Shown here piece by piece: positions 8,275 through 18,632 of a DNA stretch of 53,553 bases. The position numbers and the translations under genes are program-made. The notes beneath the pieces were generated by a model. It was not told where the DNA came from, ran no database searches, and saw only the letters and a list, made by a program, of their open reading frames with translations. The DNA lies in contig CAZRXO010000001.1 in the NCBI GenBank assembly GCA_964604105.1, forward strand, positions 1 to 53,553. Reading direction: 5' to 3'. Origin of the DNA: Candidatus Woesearchaeota archaeon (GTDB lineage: Archaea > Nanobdellota > Nanobdellia > Pacearchaeales > GW2011-AR1). Each line of letters opens with the position of its first letter. The first letter of the stretch is position 1.

Positions 8275-8982
8275 TTATCTCGTGCCCTTTAGGGTATTTT
8301 TATTTTCCGCAAACCATTTAGTTACTTCGTCTGTTAAACCATTAAGGTATGATTTTTCTACAATGAAATCTATTGCTCTTCGCGCCAAAAGTTCGTTGTC
8401 GATTTTGTCGCCTTTGATTAATACAAATCCGTTTTGTCCGACGGTGATATTGCAATCTGTGTTGTCTTTTATTAAATTTATCATGCTTCCTTCTTTTCCA
8501 ATTACTCTTGGAACTTTGTTTGGATTTATTTGTATAATCATTCCTTCGTCGACTCTTCCGAATCCTCGCATCTTGATACTTAAGTCAATTCCTCGTCCAT
8601 TGATTGCCCAGATTTTTGCGACCATTGTTTCGCCTACATCCATTACTTCATTCATTGCATTTTTGTTTACATATCGCGGGACTTCTGAAACAGGCAAGAA
8701 TCCGTTGTCTGCTGCGCCGATGTCAATTACCCAGCCGTTTCCGGTTAACATTGAAACTGTGCCGATTACAACATTTCCTCGTCGTGGAATATATGTTCCT
8801 GAAAGTGGAATTACTTTTACTAAATTATTTTGTTCTTCTAATAAACCATATCTTAAAGCAACAATGTTCTTTCCTTGTTTTTCTGTTCCTTCGCCTGGCA
8901 AAAAGTCTTCGCCTGTTTGAATTATTTCTCCAGGAATTACTATTTGTCTTTTATTTTCTTGTTCTTGTTTTTGGTTTGTCAT
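8275..8982 (-). CDS. rrp4: Exosome RNA-binding subunit Rrp4 (S1 + KH)
   Basis: VIPGEII...PGEGT, YIPRRGNVVIGTV...GWVIDIG (S1 domain) and VIGKEGSMINLIKD (KH domain). Confidence 0.85.
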   Translation of the reverse strand: MTNQKQEQENKRQIVIPGEIIQTGEDFLPGEGTEKQGKNIVALRYGLLEEQNNLVKVIPLSGTYIPRRGNVVIGTVSMLTGNGWVIDIGAADNGFLPVSEVPRYVNKNAMNEVMDVGETMVAKIWAINGRGIDLSIKMRGFGRVDEGMIIQINPNKVPRVIGKEGSMINLIKDNTDCNITVGQNGFVLIKGDKIDNELLARRAIDFIVEKSYLNGLTDEVTKWFAENKNTLKGTR

Positions 8983-8983
8983 T

Positions 8984-9658
8984 TTATTCTTCTTTTACTT
9001 CTTCTGTCACGGCTGAGCCGTGTGTGATTGAATTTAATTTGTCATAAACGTCCATGATGATTCCTGCGGGAACAGCCACGATGACTTCTAAGTCTCCGTT
9101 GTCGAGCCATTTTTCTGACTCTTTGTATTGTTGGACCATTCCGTAAACTTGCCCTGTTTGAATTGCAGGGACGATGATTCTTACTTTTTTTGTTTGAATC
9201 TTTATTGGGATGATTTTTGTTAATTTGTCTAGAATATCGCTAATCTGATTTTCGACTGCTGTATTCTTTACATTCACATTTGCTTGTTCAAGAGCACTTT
9301 TAAGTCTTTCGGCAGTGATTGGTCGTCCTGATTGCGGGTCAATTGCATTTGTTGCTAAGAAATTTATAACTTGTTTGTATCTTTTTTCTTGTTCTTCGCT
9401 TCGGTGTTCTTGTGTTGTTTCGACTTCGCCTTGCTTTACAATTTTCTTTGTTATTTCGTCGATATCTGTTGTCGCAAAAGCTTCTTGCAAATCTGAGTGC
9501 GATGCAACATGTCCTTTTTTAGAATCTGTGAAAATTTTATTCGCTTCATTAACTAAATAATCTGACTCGCCTTTTCTAAATTTCAAAGCATCATCTAAGT
9601 CAACTAAAACTTCGAAGTGCTTTGCTCCTTTTCTCACTCGTGCTGTTGTTTGTGGCAT
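8984..9658 (-). CDS. SBDS-family ribosome maturation protein
   Basis: KGAKHFEVLVDLDDALKFRKGE...IFTDSKKGHVAS...TTQEHRSEEQEKRYKQVINFL fits the archaeal SBDS/Sdo1 pattern and its superoperon position. Confidence 0.85.
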   Translation of the reverse strand: MPQTTARVRKGAKHFEVLVDLDDALKFRKGESDYLVNEANKIFTDSKKGHVASHSDLQEAFATTDIDEITKKIVKQGEVETTQEHRSEEQEKRYKQVINFLATNAIDPQSGRPITAERLKSALEQANVNVKNTAVENQISDILDKLTKIIPIKIQTKKVRIIVPAIQTGQVYGMVQQYKESEKWLDNGDLEVIVAVPAGIIMDVYDKLNSITHGSAVTEEVKEE

Positions 9659-9659
9659 T

Positions 9660-10016
9660 TTAATTTAATACTTTCACTCCCACCATTCCAGGTTCAAAAG
9701 AATATCCTTCTTTAATTGCTTCAAATTTATCTTCAACAAAAATTGATTCATAGATTACTTTTGAAATTCCGATGGATTTAGCAACTTCTTCTGTTAATTG
9801 CCGAGTTCTACTCCTCAATTCTTTTTCTCTAGAATAATTTCCATCTTTAAAATTTACTAAAGGACTATTCAGAGTTAGAGAGTCATCTTGAGCAGATGCA
9901 AAAAAACCGATAGTTTTATTTTCCAATTCTATGGTAAAATAATTTAGACCATGATGTTTGGCCTTTCCTTTGAATACTTCAGAAAATTTGTCAGTTAATT
10001 CTTTTGTTGTTGGCAT
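9660..10016 (-). CDS. Hypothetical protein
   Basis: 118-aa ORF wedged with 1-nt spacers between the HEPN gene and SBDS. No recognisable motif. Confidence 0.5.
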   Translation of the reverse strand: MPTTKELTDKFSEVFKGKAKHHGLNYFTIELENKTIGFFASAQDDSLTLNSPLVNFKDGNYSREKELRSRTRQLTEEVAKSIGISKVIYESIFVEDKFEAIKEGYSFEPGMVGVKVLN

Positions 10017-10017
10017 T

Positions 10018-10473
10018 TTAATTATTATTTTTATCTCTTAAGTAATTTTTAATTCTTTCTATAAATTCAAGAACATATTTCTGGTCTTCTTTCAAAAAGT
10101 CAAAAATATCTTCCTCATTTATTTTTTCATAATGATGTGAAAAACGATTTCTTACCATAACCAAATCCTTCATTTTATTTGATAAATCTTTATCAAGAAT
10201 TTTCTCATTTTCTAAAAATTCAAATATGTCCTTTATTTTCATAGGATACCCTAGTTTGTCGCTCTTTACTATCTCATCGCCAAGATCAATTGACCTGTTT
10301 ATTATTTGGAATATTGCCATTGAAGATGCTAAAAATTTCTCGTCGTCCTTTAAATTCTCTGGATCAATTTTTAATTTATTGAGTTTTTCCAAATAAATTT
10401 CAATATCTTCTATTATAAAATTCAATCTTTTTTCATCATGCATAGTGAAACATTTCATTAACTCTCCTTTCAA
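10018..10473 (-). CDS. HEPN-domain (DUF86-type) protein, toxin partner of MNT
   Basis: C-terminal RNRFSHHY fits the HEPN R-x4-6-H motif. Overlaps the MNT gene; the true start may be an internal Met near 10443. Confidence 0.75.
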   Translation of the reverse strand: MKGELMKCFTMHDEKRLNFIIEDIEIYLEKLNKLKIDPENLKDDEKFLASSMAIFQIINRSIDLGDEIVKSDKLGYPMKIKDIFEFLENEKILDKDLSNKMKDLVMVRNRFSHHYEKINEEDIFDFLKEDQKYVLEFIERIKNYLRDKNNN

Positions 10474-10807
10474 TTAATGGAAGTATCTCTCTGTAATTAT
10501 GTAAAGTTTGCCACGCTATTTTTTGAATTTCATCTTCATTTTTAACAAACAAAAGTTTCCCCTCGCTAAAAATTTTAATTTGAATGATTATAGGCAATCC
10601 ACTAAAAAAAGATATGTCTGTTTTTTCATTTCCTAAAAAGAATATTTTTGTTTTTTCCTCTTTACTTAAATCCCCAATTATGCATAAATCCACGTCGCTG
10701 TTTGGAGACTCTTCACCTCTTGCATAACTTCCAAAGAGATAAACTGCTTGAACATTTTTATTTTTGGAAATTTTGTTTACTATTTCTTTTAGTTCTGTTG
10801 TGAGCAT
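10436..10807 (-). CDS. Minimal nucleotidyltransferase (MNT), antitoxin partner of HEPN
   Basis: VYLFGSYARGEESPNSDVDLCIIGD is the Pol-beta NTase G-S-x(n)-D-x-D signature. Confidence 0.8.
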   Translation of the reverse strand: MLTTELKEIVNKISKNKNVQAVYLFGSYARGEESPNSDVDLCIIGDLSKEEKTKIFFLGNEKTDISFFSGLPIIIQIKIFSEGKLLFVKNEDEIQKIAWQTLHNYREILPLIERRVNEMFHYA

Positions 10808-10808
10808 T

Positions 10809-11099
10809 TTAATCTCTTCCTCCTATTTGATAATACCCAAAACAAGTTTCATCTAAAGGATTTCTATTTAAATCACAAGAACCTTGAGGATAATTTAACT
10901 GATTAAGGAGTTTTGATTTGTATTTTTCAAATTCTGCTTCTGCAACTCTTCCTTGTCTTTGAAAATATCCTCTATGAGTATAATTATCTATCTTATTGAA
11001 AACATGGCCTAAAGGTAATGTAAATACAAATACTAAAAAAGCTAATCCCGCTAATGTTCCTTTCATTAACTTTTCTCTTTGATCCTCTATTGTTGGCAT
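10809..11099 (-). CDS. Hypothetical membrane-anchored protein
   Basis: 96 aa with one TM segment (LAGLAFLVFVFTLPLG). 1-nt spacers on both sides. Confidence 0.5.
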   Translation of the reverse strand: MPTIEDQREKLMKGTLAGLAFLVFVFTLPLGHVFNKIDNYTHRGYFQRQGRVAEAEFEKYKSKLLNQLNYPQGSCDLNRNPLDETCFGYYQIGGRD

Positions 11100-11100
11100 T

Positions 11101-11820
11101 TTACAATTCCTTAATTTCCTCTCCTTCTAATCTTTTTAACTTTGAAGTTTCTTTGTCAATGTAAGCCAGTTCAAAGTTTTTGATGTTGAAGTTTTTGTCT
11201 TTAATTTCTTTGAATATTTCTAATGCTAATTTTACACCGTGCTTTATTGTTAAATCTTTTTTGTATTTTTCTCGCAATAGTTCTTTGATTTTCTCGTCGT
11301 TTTCTCCGATTGCGTTTGTGTGGTATGAGAAATAATTTCCTGTGATATCGCTTGTGTAAAGTTCTGGTTTTTTGTTGTTTAATCCTGCGAGCATCATTGA
11401 TACACCGAATGGTCTGGCTCCGCCATATTGTGTGAATTGCTGTTTTATGTTTGAGATATCTTTGATTATTAATTCTGGTTCAACAGGTGAGTCAAAGGTC
11501 ATTCTTTGTTGTTGTGCTATTAGCTGTGCTTTTTCTACGAGGACTCGAGCATCTGAAGTTATTCCTGCCACACTTGCGATAATATGTGCATCGATTTCGT
11601 GGACTCGTGATGCTGATTCTGCGACAATTAATTTGTCTGTTACTCTTTTGTCTGCGATTATGAAAACTCCGTCTGTGCAAACCATTCCAATGCTTGACAC
11701 CCCGAGCCGCACTGTTTTTTCTGCATATTCAACTTGGAGCAAATGACCGTCAGGACTAAACATTGTCGCTGTTCTGTCATAACCCATTGCTTGATGTTGC
11801 ATATCTGTTGGCATGTCCAT
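11101..11820 (-). CDS. psmA: Proteasome alpha subunit
   Basis: YDRTATMFSPDGHLLQVEYAEKTVRLG is the alpha-subunit N-terminal signature. Confidence 0.9.
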   Translation of the reverse strand: MDMPTDMQHQAMGYDRTATMFSPDGHLLQVEYAEKTVRLGVSSIGMVCTDGVFIIADKRVTDKLIVAESASRVHEIDAHIIASVAGITSDARVLVEKAQLIAQQQRMTFDSPVEPELIIKDISNIKQQFTQYGGARPFGVSMMLAGLNNKKPELYTSDITGNYFSYHTNAIGENDEKIKELLREKYKKDLTIKHGVKLALEIFKEIKDKNFNIKNFELAYIDKETSKLKRLEGEEIKEL

Positions 11821-11925
11821 TTTTTGTTTTATTAAGAATATAATAACTTATTTAATTCTTTCTCCTTGTAATATTTTGAGATATAGTGGGTTTATAAAAT
11901 TTTCGAACAAAAATTTTATTAAAAT

Positions 11926-11997
11926 TGCTCGCTTTGCGAGAAGAAATATTATATAATTAATGAATGAACTGACTTCGTCGAGTGTCGGGGTGATCAG
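11926..11997 (-). repeat. ~72-nt conserved intergenic module (ATCACCCCGA, short hairpin, TTAATTA, AGCGAGCA-TTTT)
   Basis: Minus strand: CTGATCACCCCGAcactCGACGAAGTCAGttCATTcaTTAATTA...ctcgcaAAGCGAGCAATTTT. It aligns block by block with 21934-22010. Confidence 0.6.
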
Positions 11998-12010
11998 ATG
12001 GAGGGTTAAT

Positions 12011-12286
12011 CTATTTTCCCAATCCTTTCAAAGTTCCGCTGACTTTCGCAACTTGCATTTTTTCTGCGAAGACAGCGAGGGATGCGCGGACAGAATCCAC
12101 CATTTCTCTGTTAATGCAGATTATTACAGAATTCGCGTCGGATTTTACAAAACTCAAACCGCACTTTGACATTCCGTTTACTCCGATGAATTCAAGAATT
12201 GCTTTTTCAATGTGTTGCTTTGGATTTTTTCCTTTTACAAGTAGATATCTTTTGTTTTCCTTTGCTGAGGGTTTTAGGGGTTTCAT
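12011..12286 (-). CDS. rnp2: RNase P protein component 2 (Pop5 homologue), short form
   Basis: LKPSAKENKRYLLV...GIIC-type middle...KVSGTLKGL mirrors archaeal Pop5 (LPPSLR-KKRYIAF...SGTIK). Superoperon position next to psmA. Confidence 0.65.
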   Translation of the reverse strand: MKPLKPSAKENKRYLLVKGKNPKQHIEKAILEFIGVNGMSKCGLSFVKSDANSVIICINREMVDSVRASLAVFAEKMQVAKVSGTLKGLGK

Positions 12287-12329
12287 GGAATAATAAAGAA
12301 TTTAGATATTAAATAATTATCCATTAAGA

Positions 12330-13784
12330 TTAACAATATTGTCGATTTGGATTAATGAATCTTTCTTCATCAGGGACGACTCCTTTAACATCGAATACTA
12401 AATCTTTTTGTCTTTGTTTTCTAATGTCATCAAAAGTTTCTTTAATCTCATACATGATAAATTCTCTTGTTAAAGTAGGACAAAATATTTTTATAAAATC
12501 CCTACTTATTCCTACTAAATCAATTAAATCCTGCTTCGAATATTTTCTTTCCATCTTTTTATTTTCTAATAATTTCTTATAATCGGGAGAACCAGGAAGA
12601 ATTATTTGCGGGCTTACTAATATCCATGTTACATTTTCATATTGTGCTAATTTTTTTACTAAATTTGTCGTTTCTCGAATAGAAAATTCTGTTTCACCTC
12701 TGCCACCCAAGATAAAACTTGCATGAAGTTGGATTCCTTCTCTCGCCATTAATTCTACTTTAGATATTGTATCATCATAATTTGTTCTTGATTTTCTATA
12801 ATTTTCTCTCATTATTGGATCTGCGGATTCTATTCCTGCCTGAAAAATTAAACTTAAGCCATATCTTTGTTTAAGTTTCCTAATATTTTCTTGGTTTATA
12901 CTTTCTGTTCCTATGAATAATCTAAACCAACAATCATCTAATCCAATTGGAGAAATATTTTTTATATTGACTGTATCTTGAACATTAAAAAAACCAGTTA
13001 TATTATATTTATCATTAAGATTTCTTACAATTCTTGCTTCTCTATCTTGGGGCATATTCCTTAATCCTAATTCATTTCTCCCACAAAAACTACAAGTATT
13101 CATTTGTGCAACTAATTTATTATATTCTTCGAAAGAATAATTTTCTTCTAACTTCATTGTGCTTCGTTTTGTACAACCTTTTCCAGCATAGTAAGTTATT
13201 GCTTTTCCAAATCCTTTTTCTTGTGTTATTTCAAGAAATCTTCCCATTTCAAAAAAAGAATAATCAATATCAGGAATTTCTTCTAAGTTAGGAATATAAA
13301 TTTGTGGTGGCTCTTGAATTTTTCTTTTAGAATCTCTATAAGATAAGTTGGGAATATTACAATTATCTAAATCTCCATCTTTTTTTATTTTTTCTAATGC
13401 TGATGACATTGGAATTTCCCCATCATATAAAATAACTCCATCGATAAAATCTCTATTCCTTAGCATATTTTCCCATAAATTTGTAGAATTAACCCCTCCG
13501 AAAAAAACTTTTGAATCTAAGTCTTTTGTTTTTTGAGCAATTTCATAAGCATTATGCTGACTTGCAATTGTACTGCTAATCCCAGTAACATCTGGATTGA
13601 ATTTTTCAATTCTTTCTAATTGTTCTTTATGACTTATTAATGAACCATCTAAAATCTCAACTTCTAAATCTTTATTTTTTTCTTTACAATATGTTGCTAT
13701 AGAACCCAAACCTAACGGAATAGAATAGGTGTTTGTGTTTGTAATACTGCATTCAATTTCTGGATAAATCAACGCCAATTTCAT
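12330..13784 (-). CDS. B12-binding-domain radical SAM enzyme (class B-like)
   Basis: N-terminal Rossmann-like B12 domain (KLALIYPE...LGLGSIATY...VTGISS). Radical-SAM core has an unusual Cys spacing, GC-x26-CSFC. Confidence 0.7.
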   Translation of the reverse strand: MKLALIYPEIECSITNTNTYSIPLGLGSIATYCKEKNKDLEVEILDGSLISHKEQLERIEKFNPDVTGISSTIASQHNAYEIAQKTKDLDSKVFFGGVNSTNLWENMLRNRDFIDGVILYDGEIPMSSALEKIKKDGDLDNCNIPNLSYRDSKRKIQEPPQIYIPNLEEIPDIDYSFFEMGRFLEITQEKGFGKAITYYAGKGCTKRSTMKLEENYSFEEYNKLVAQMNTCSFCGRNELGLRNMPQDREARIVRNLNDKYNITGFFNVQDTVNIKNISPIGLDDCWFRLFIGTESINQENIRKLKQRYGLSLIFQAGIESADPIMRENYRKSRTNYDDTISKVELMAREGIQLHASFILGGRGETEFSIRETTNLVKKLAQYENVTWILVSPQIILPGSPDYKKLLENKKMERKYSKQDLIDLVGISRDFIKIFCPTLTREFIMYEIKETFDDIRKQRQKDLVFDVKGVVPDEERFINPNRQYC

Positions 13785-13840
13785 AATTTTGAAATCAATT
13801 CCTTATTCAAAAACCTTTGTTGCCAAAAATTAACAACAAC

Positions 13841-13849
13841 TTTTATAAA
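13841..13849 (+). promoter_or_regulatory. TATA box of the trmB-like gene
   Basis: TTTTATAAA ends 21 nt before ATG 13871. This supports the internal start rather than 13817. Confidence 0.55.
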
Positions 13850-13870
13850 CTCCAGAACAATTCTCTTTTT

Positions 13871-14602
13871 ATGGAAATAACTCAATTAAAAAATGTTGGA
13901 TTAAATGAAAAGGAAAGTAAAATTTATACTACACTATTAGAATTAAAAGAATCTAGTGTAGCTAAGATTTCCAAAAAAGCAGGAATTAATAGAAGCTTAT
14001 CTTATTTTATTTTATCTGATTTAGAAAAAAAAGGATTTGTAAGTTATATAATAAAGAATAACATAAAATTTTACAAACCAATAGAACCTCAGAAAATTCT
14101 GAATTTATTAGAAGAAAAGAAAAAATCATTTCAATCAATCTTGCCTCAATTAATTGAACTTAGTAAAAAATCTGGGGTAAAGCCCCAAATAGAAATCCTC
14201 GAGGGTAAAGAAGGAATTAAAACAATCTTAAATGAAGTTCTTAGATTAAAGAAAGAATGGTTTGCATATAATGTCCCTGGAAAAGGCCCTGAAACTTTAG
14301 GATATTTAATAGATAATTTCGAAAATCAAAGACAAAAGAAAAAAATTCTTTTGAAAGTTATGTGTATAAATACCCCCCAAGGAAAAAAGAGAGGTGCAGA
14401 CTTTTCTAAAATGAAATTTACTCAAGTAAAATACATGAAAGATGCTTATGAATCCCCTGCTTCAAATTGGATTTATGGGGATAGATTTGTGATAATTTTT
14501 TGGTATGAAGATTCTCCTTTTGCAATAAGAATTATTGACAGAAAACTTGCAGATAGTTATAAAAAATATTTCAATGCTCTATGGAAGGTGTCTAAAAAAT
14601 GA
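13871..14602 (+). CDS. TrmB-family transcriptional regulator
   Basis: LKNVGLNEKESKIYTTLLELKESSVAKISKKAGINRSLSYFILSDLEKKGFV is a TrmB-type wHTH. Start re-called from promoter spacing. Confidence 0.8.
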   Translation: MEITQLKNVGLNEKESKIYTTLLELKESSVAKISKKAGINRSLSYFILSDLEKKGFVSYIIKNNIKFYKPIEPQKILNLLEEKKKSFQSILPQLIELSKKSGVKPQIEILEGKEGIKTILNEVLRLKKEWFAYNVPGKGPETLGYLIDNFENQRQKKKILLKVMCINTPQGKKRGADFSKMKFTQVKYMKDAYESPASNWIYGDRFVIIFWYEDSPFAIRIIDRKLADSYKKYFNALWKVSKK

Positions 14603-14662
14603 TTCCAAGATTTTTTAAACTCTATTTAATTAACTTTATAAAAAAGAGGAATAGATAATATT

Positions 14663-16009
14663 ATGAAAATTTGCACTGTTGGAGGATTTGAAGAAGTCGG
14701 TAAGAATATGACTGCTGTGAAAGTTGGGGATGATGTGATTATTTTTGATGCTGGTCTGCATTTGCCGCCGTTGATTGAAATGCAGGAGCAAGAGACACAG
14801 CAACAAGCATACACTGAAAAGAAATTGCGAGGGATTGGGGCGATTCCTGATGATCGTGTTCTTGATGGGCTTGGTTGGAGAGATAAAGTTAAAGCAATTG
14901 TTATTGGTCATGCGCACTTGGATCATGTCGGGGCTGTGCCGTATTTAGCGCACAGATATCCTAATGCAAAAATTATTGCGAGCCCGTTTACCATGGAAAT
15001 TTTAAAAGGGATTTTGCTTGACGAGAAAATTAATATTAAAAATGAGCTGATGACAATTAAACCCAACGGAACTTATATGATTAATAAAAAAGAAAATTTA
15101 AAGTTGGAGCTTGTTCACACGACTCACTCGACATTGCAATGTGTTCTTCCTGTTTTGCATACTAAAGAAGGGATTGTTGTTTATGCTCTTGATTTTAAAT
15201 TTGATAATTATCCTGTTATTGGGGACCCGCCAAATTATAGAAGACTTCGAGAACTTGGTCGAAAAGGTGTGAAAACTTTGATTATTGATTCTCTTTATTC
15301 TGGGACAGATCGTAGAACAGCGAGCGAGCGAATTGCAAGAAATTTACTAGAAGATGCTTTGTCCTATGTTCGAGGAAGAGATAGTGCATTATTTATCACG
15401 ACTTTTTCTTCACACATTGCAAGATTAAAATCAATTGTAGAATTTGGAAAAAAGACAAGAAGACAAATTATTTTTTTAGGCAGGAGTTTGAATAAATATA
15501 CTACTGCGGCAATTAATGTTGGGCAATGTCCTTTTCAAAAGCAAGTTCAATTAATTAAGTATAGAAGACAAATTGATTCTACATTAAGTAAAGTAAATAA
15601 GGAGAGAGGAAAATATTTGATTGTTTGCACAGGGCATCAGGCAGAGAAGGGAGCTATTTTGGATAGGATTGTCAAGGGCGAAACCCCTTTTCATTTTAAG
15701 AATGGCGACCATGTTATTTTTTCCTCGTCTATAATTCCAGTTAATGTTAATATTATGGCAAGAGATAGAATGGATAAAAAATTAAGAAAACTTGGAGCGA
15801 GAATTCAAACAGATATTCATGTTTCTGGTCATGCTGGTCGAGAGGACTTGAGAGATTTAGTTGAAATTCTAAAACCAAAACATATTATTCCTGCGCACGG
15901 AAGTTTGCAACAAGAAACTCCGATGGTTGATTTAGCAACAGAGTTGGGTTATAAATTCGGGCAAACTGTTCACTTAAGTTCTAATGGAAAAGTTTTGAGG
16001 TTGAAATAG
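14663..16009 (+). CDS. rnj: Archaeal RNase J (beta-CASP metallo-beta-lactamase)
   Basis: VIGHAHLDHVGAVPYL (HxHxDH). The ~448-aa length and beta-CASP C-terminal half (HVSGHAGREDL) fit. Confidence 0.85.
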   Translation: MKICTVGGFEEVGKNMTAVKVGDDVIIFDAGLHLPPLIEMQEQETQQQAYTEKKLRGIGAIPDDRVLDGLGWRDKVKAIVIGHAHLDHVGAVPYLAHRYPNAKIIASPFTMEILKGILLDEKINIKNELMTIKPNGTYMINKKENLKLELVHTTHSTLQCVLPVLHTKEGIVVYALDFKFDNYPVIGDPPNYRRLRELGRKGVKTLIIDSLYSGTDRRTASERIARNLLEDALSYVRGRDSALFITTFSSHIARLKSIVEFGKKTRRQIIFLGRSLNKYTTAAINVGQCPFQKQVQLIKYRRQIDSTLSKVNKERGKYLIVCTGHQAEKGAILDRIVKGETPFHFKNGDHVIFSSSIIPVNVNIMARDRMDKKLRKLGARIQTDIHVSGHAGREDLRDLVEILKPKHIIPAHGSLQQETPMVDLATELGYKFGQTVHLSSNGKVLRLK

Positions 16010-16117
16010 GATTATTAATCAAAAAAAGAATCTATTATTACTTAGATTGTGAGCAACCAATCCAAACTTGTATGCAAGTTTGCAAATTCTTTTAAACTCT
16101 CCACCCCTTATACAATT

Positions 16118-16393
16118 ATGAAAAAATCAGTCCGCCTATACATAACAGGAACAGTTCAAGGAATATTCTATAGAGCATTTGTAAAAGAAAATGCAGAGCG
16201 ATTAAATGTAAAAGGCTTTGTTCGAAACCTCGAAGATGGGCGTGTCGAAACATTTCTCGAAGGAGATTCAGAAGCTATAAACAAACTAATTGAACTCTGC
16301 AAAAAAGGCCCAAAACATTCACAAATAAAGAATGTAGAAATTAAACCAGAAAGATTCCAAGACTTCAAAGTTTTCAAGGTCTTGCATATTTAA
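16118..16393 (+). CDS. acyP: Acylphosphatase
   Basis: [43 protein letters not shown] 16118 chosen over the upstream GTG because TTTTAAAC lies ~20 nt upstream. Confidence 0.85.
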   Translation: MKKSVRLYITGTVQGIFYRAFVKENAERLNVKGFVRNLEDGRVETFLEGDSEAINKLIELCKKGPKHSQIKNVEIKPERFQDFKVFKVLHI

Positions 16394-16394
16394 G

Positions 16395-18632
16395 ATGAAA
16401 AATTTAATAATTATTAGGGGTGCAAAAGAAAACAATCTCAAGAATATTAATGTAGAAATTCCAAAGAAAAAAATAGTTGTCGTTACTGGAGTTTCAGGTT
16501 CTGGAAAAAGCTCACTAATTTTTAACACACTTTATGCAGAGTCTCAACGACAATATCTCGAATCGTTAGGTTCTTTTGCAATGAAAAACTTGCCAAAATT
16601 TTCTAAACCAGATGTAGAAGAGATTATTGGAGCAACACCCCCAATTATTATAGACCAACGAAGATTGGGGAATAGCTCGAGGTCAACAGTTGGAACTGTA
16701 ACAGAAATTTATACTTATTTAAGATTGCTATTTTCAAGAATAGGAACACCTACCCTCGGGAATTCAAGATTATTCTCATTTAACAGTCCAGAAGGAATGT
16801 GCAAAAAATGTCATGGCCTCGGAGTAGAAGAAAAAATAAATCCAAAGTCAATAATCGACTTTGAAAAAAGTTTAAATCAAGGAGCAATAAAAATAAACAA
16901 ATTCAAACCAAATTCAAGATACTTTAATATAATAAAAACCTCAAAAAAATTAGATTTAGACAAACCAATAAAAAGTTACTCCAAAGAAGAGTTAGATTTT
17001 TTACTTTATTCTCCAAAGATTATTCTTAGCAATAAAGACCAAGGATTTATACAAACTTTCAGCCACGAGGGGATAATTAACAGATTGAAAAAAGGTGCAC
17101 ATGACCCAAGGATTTCTGGACAAGGAAGAGAAAATAAATGGATTGGATTTTTTGAGCAAGTCCCTTGCTCTGAATGTTCAGGCTCAAGGATAAATCAACA
17201 AGCACGTTCAGTTAAAGTTCAAAATAAAACAATACCTGATTTAGTAAATCTCGAATTGCTCGAACTCCAAGAATTTATAAAAAAAATAAAATCTCCATTG
17301 ACAAAACAGATAGTTGATAAAATAGAAGAACAATTAGAGAACTTGATAAAAATAGGATTGGGTTACTTATCAATTAATCAATCTGTTTCAACATTATCTG
17401 GCGGAGAATCTCAAAGAGTAAAGATGTCCAGTCAGTTAGGAATAAATTTAGTAGATTTAACTTATATTCTCGACGAGCCAAGCATCGGACTTCACCCAAA
17501 AGATATCTCCCATCTTACAAATATAATAAAGAAACTAAAAGAAAAAGGAAACAATATCATTGTTGTTGAACACGACCCAGAAATAATAAAAAACGCAGAA
17601 TATATCATAGACATTGGTCCTCGTGCAGGAAAGCAAGGTGGAGAATTAATTTTTCAAGGAACATTAAATGAATTAAAAAATTCTAAATCTATAACCGCCA
17701 AATATCTATATGCCTCATCAAAAATAAAAAAAGAGCATAGAAAGCCAAAAGATTTTATTAAGATAGAGAAAGCAAATATCCACAACTTAAAAAATATTTC
17801 AACAAAAATTCCTAAAGGAATTTTTACTTGTGTAACAGGAGTTGCCGGCTCAGGAAAAAGTTCATTGATAAACGACATTTTTGTAAAAGAGCACCCCGAA
17901 TCAATTATCGTCGACCAATCACCAGTGGGCAAATCTATAAGATCAAACCCCGCGACATATACAGGGGTATTTAATCTAATTAGAAAAGAATTTGCAAAAG
18001 CAACAAAAAAATCAGAGGGATTATTTAGTTTTAATTCTAAAGGAGCCTGCCCGAAATGCGGAGGGATTGGTTTCCTCAAAGTAGATATGCATTTCTTGGA
18101 AAGTGTTAAGATAGCTTGTGAAGAATGTCAAGGAAAAAGATTCACAAAAGAGGTATTAGAATTAAAATATAAAGGAAAAAATATTCGAGAAGTTTTAGAT
18201 ATGACAATAACTCAAGCAATAGATTTTTTTGAGAACAAAGAAATCAAAAGAAGATTAAATGTTCTAAAAGATGTCGGCTTAGGATATCTTGAATTGGGGC
18301 AACCATTGGATTCTCTTTCTGGAGGAGAAGCTCAAAGAATAAAGTTATCAAAAGAACTTCACAAAAAAGGAAACATCTACATCCTAGATGAACCAACAAC
18401 AGGATTGCACATGGCAGATATTGAAAAATTAATAGTCCTCCTGAATAATATCGTAGAAGAAGGAAACACCGTTGTTGTGATAGAGCATAATTTAGATATA
18501 ATAAAAAATGCGGACTATATTATCGACATGGGACCCGAAGGAGGAAAAAACGGAGGAGAAATTATTGCAGAAGGAACTCCAGAAGAAATTTCAAAAAATA
18601 AAAATTCAGTTACAGGTAGGTATTTGAAATGA
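16395..18632 (+). CDS. UvrA-like ABC ATPase, short (745 aa) class lacking the UvrB-binding region
   Basis: [19 protein letters not shown]...[27 protein letters not shown], two LSGGE(S/A)QR signatures, and Zn modules CKKCHG, CSECSG, CPKCGG, CEECQG. Confidence 0.85.
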   Translation: MKNLIIIRGAKENNLKNINVEIPKKKIVVVTGVSGSGKSSLIFNTLYAESQRQYLESLGSFAMKNLPKFSKPDVEEIIGATPPIIIDQRRLGNSSRSTVGTVTEIYTYLRLLFSRIGTPTLGNSRLFSFNSPEGMCKKCHGLGVEEKINPKSIIDFEKSLNQGAIKINKFKPNSRYFNIIKTSKKLDLDKPIKSYSKEELDFLLYSPKIILSNKDQGFIQTFSHEGIINRLKKGAHDPRISGQGRENKWIGFFEQVPCSECSGSRINQQARSVKVQNKTIPDLVNLELLELQEFIKKIKSPLTKQIVDKIEEQLENLIKIGLGYLSINQSVSTLSGGESQRVKMSSQLGINLVDLTYILDEPSIGLHPKDISHLTNIIKKLKEKGNNIIVVEHDPEIIKNAEYIIDIGPRAGKQGGELIFQGTLNELKNSKSITAKYLYASSKIKKEHRKPKDFIKIEKANIHNLKNISTKIPKGIFTCVTGVAGSGKSSLINDIFVKEHPESIIVDQSPVGKSIRSNPATYTGVFNLIRKEFAKATKKSEGLFSFNSKGACPKCGGIGFLKVDMHFLESVKIACEECQGKRFTKEVLELKYKGKNIREVLDMTITQAIDFFENKEIKRRLNVLKDVGLGYLELGQPLDSLSGGEAQRIKLSKELHKKGNIYILDEPTTGLHMADIEKLIVLLNNIVEEGNTVVVIEHNLDIIKNADYIIDMGPEGGKNGGEIIAEGTPEEISKNKNSVTGRYLK

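Noticed and set aside
8012-8920. 302-aa plus-strand ORF
   Set aside because: It lies entirely antisense to rrp41 and rrp4, whose products have clear conserved motifs. The translation is a low-complexity L/F/S/V-rich string typical of a shadow ORF.
11960-12169. 69-aa plus-strand ORF starting in the psmA-pop5 spacer
   Set aside because: It overlaps the Pop5 homologue on the opposite strand and begins inside the conserved intergenic module. No promoter or ribosome-binding site is visible.
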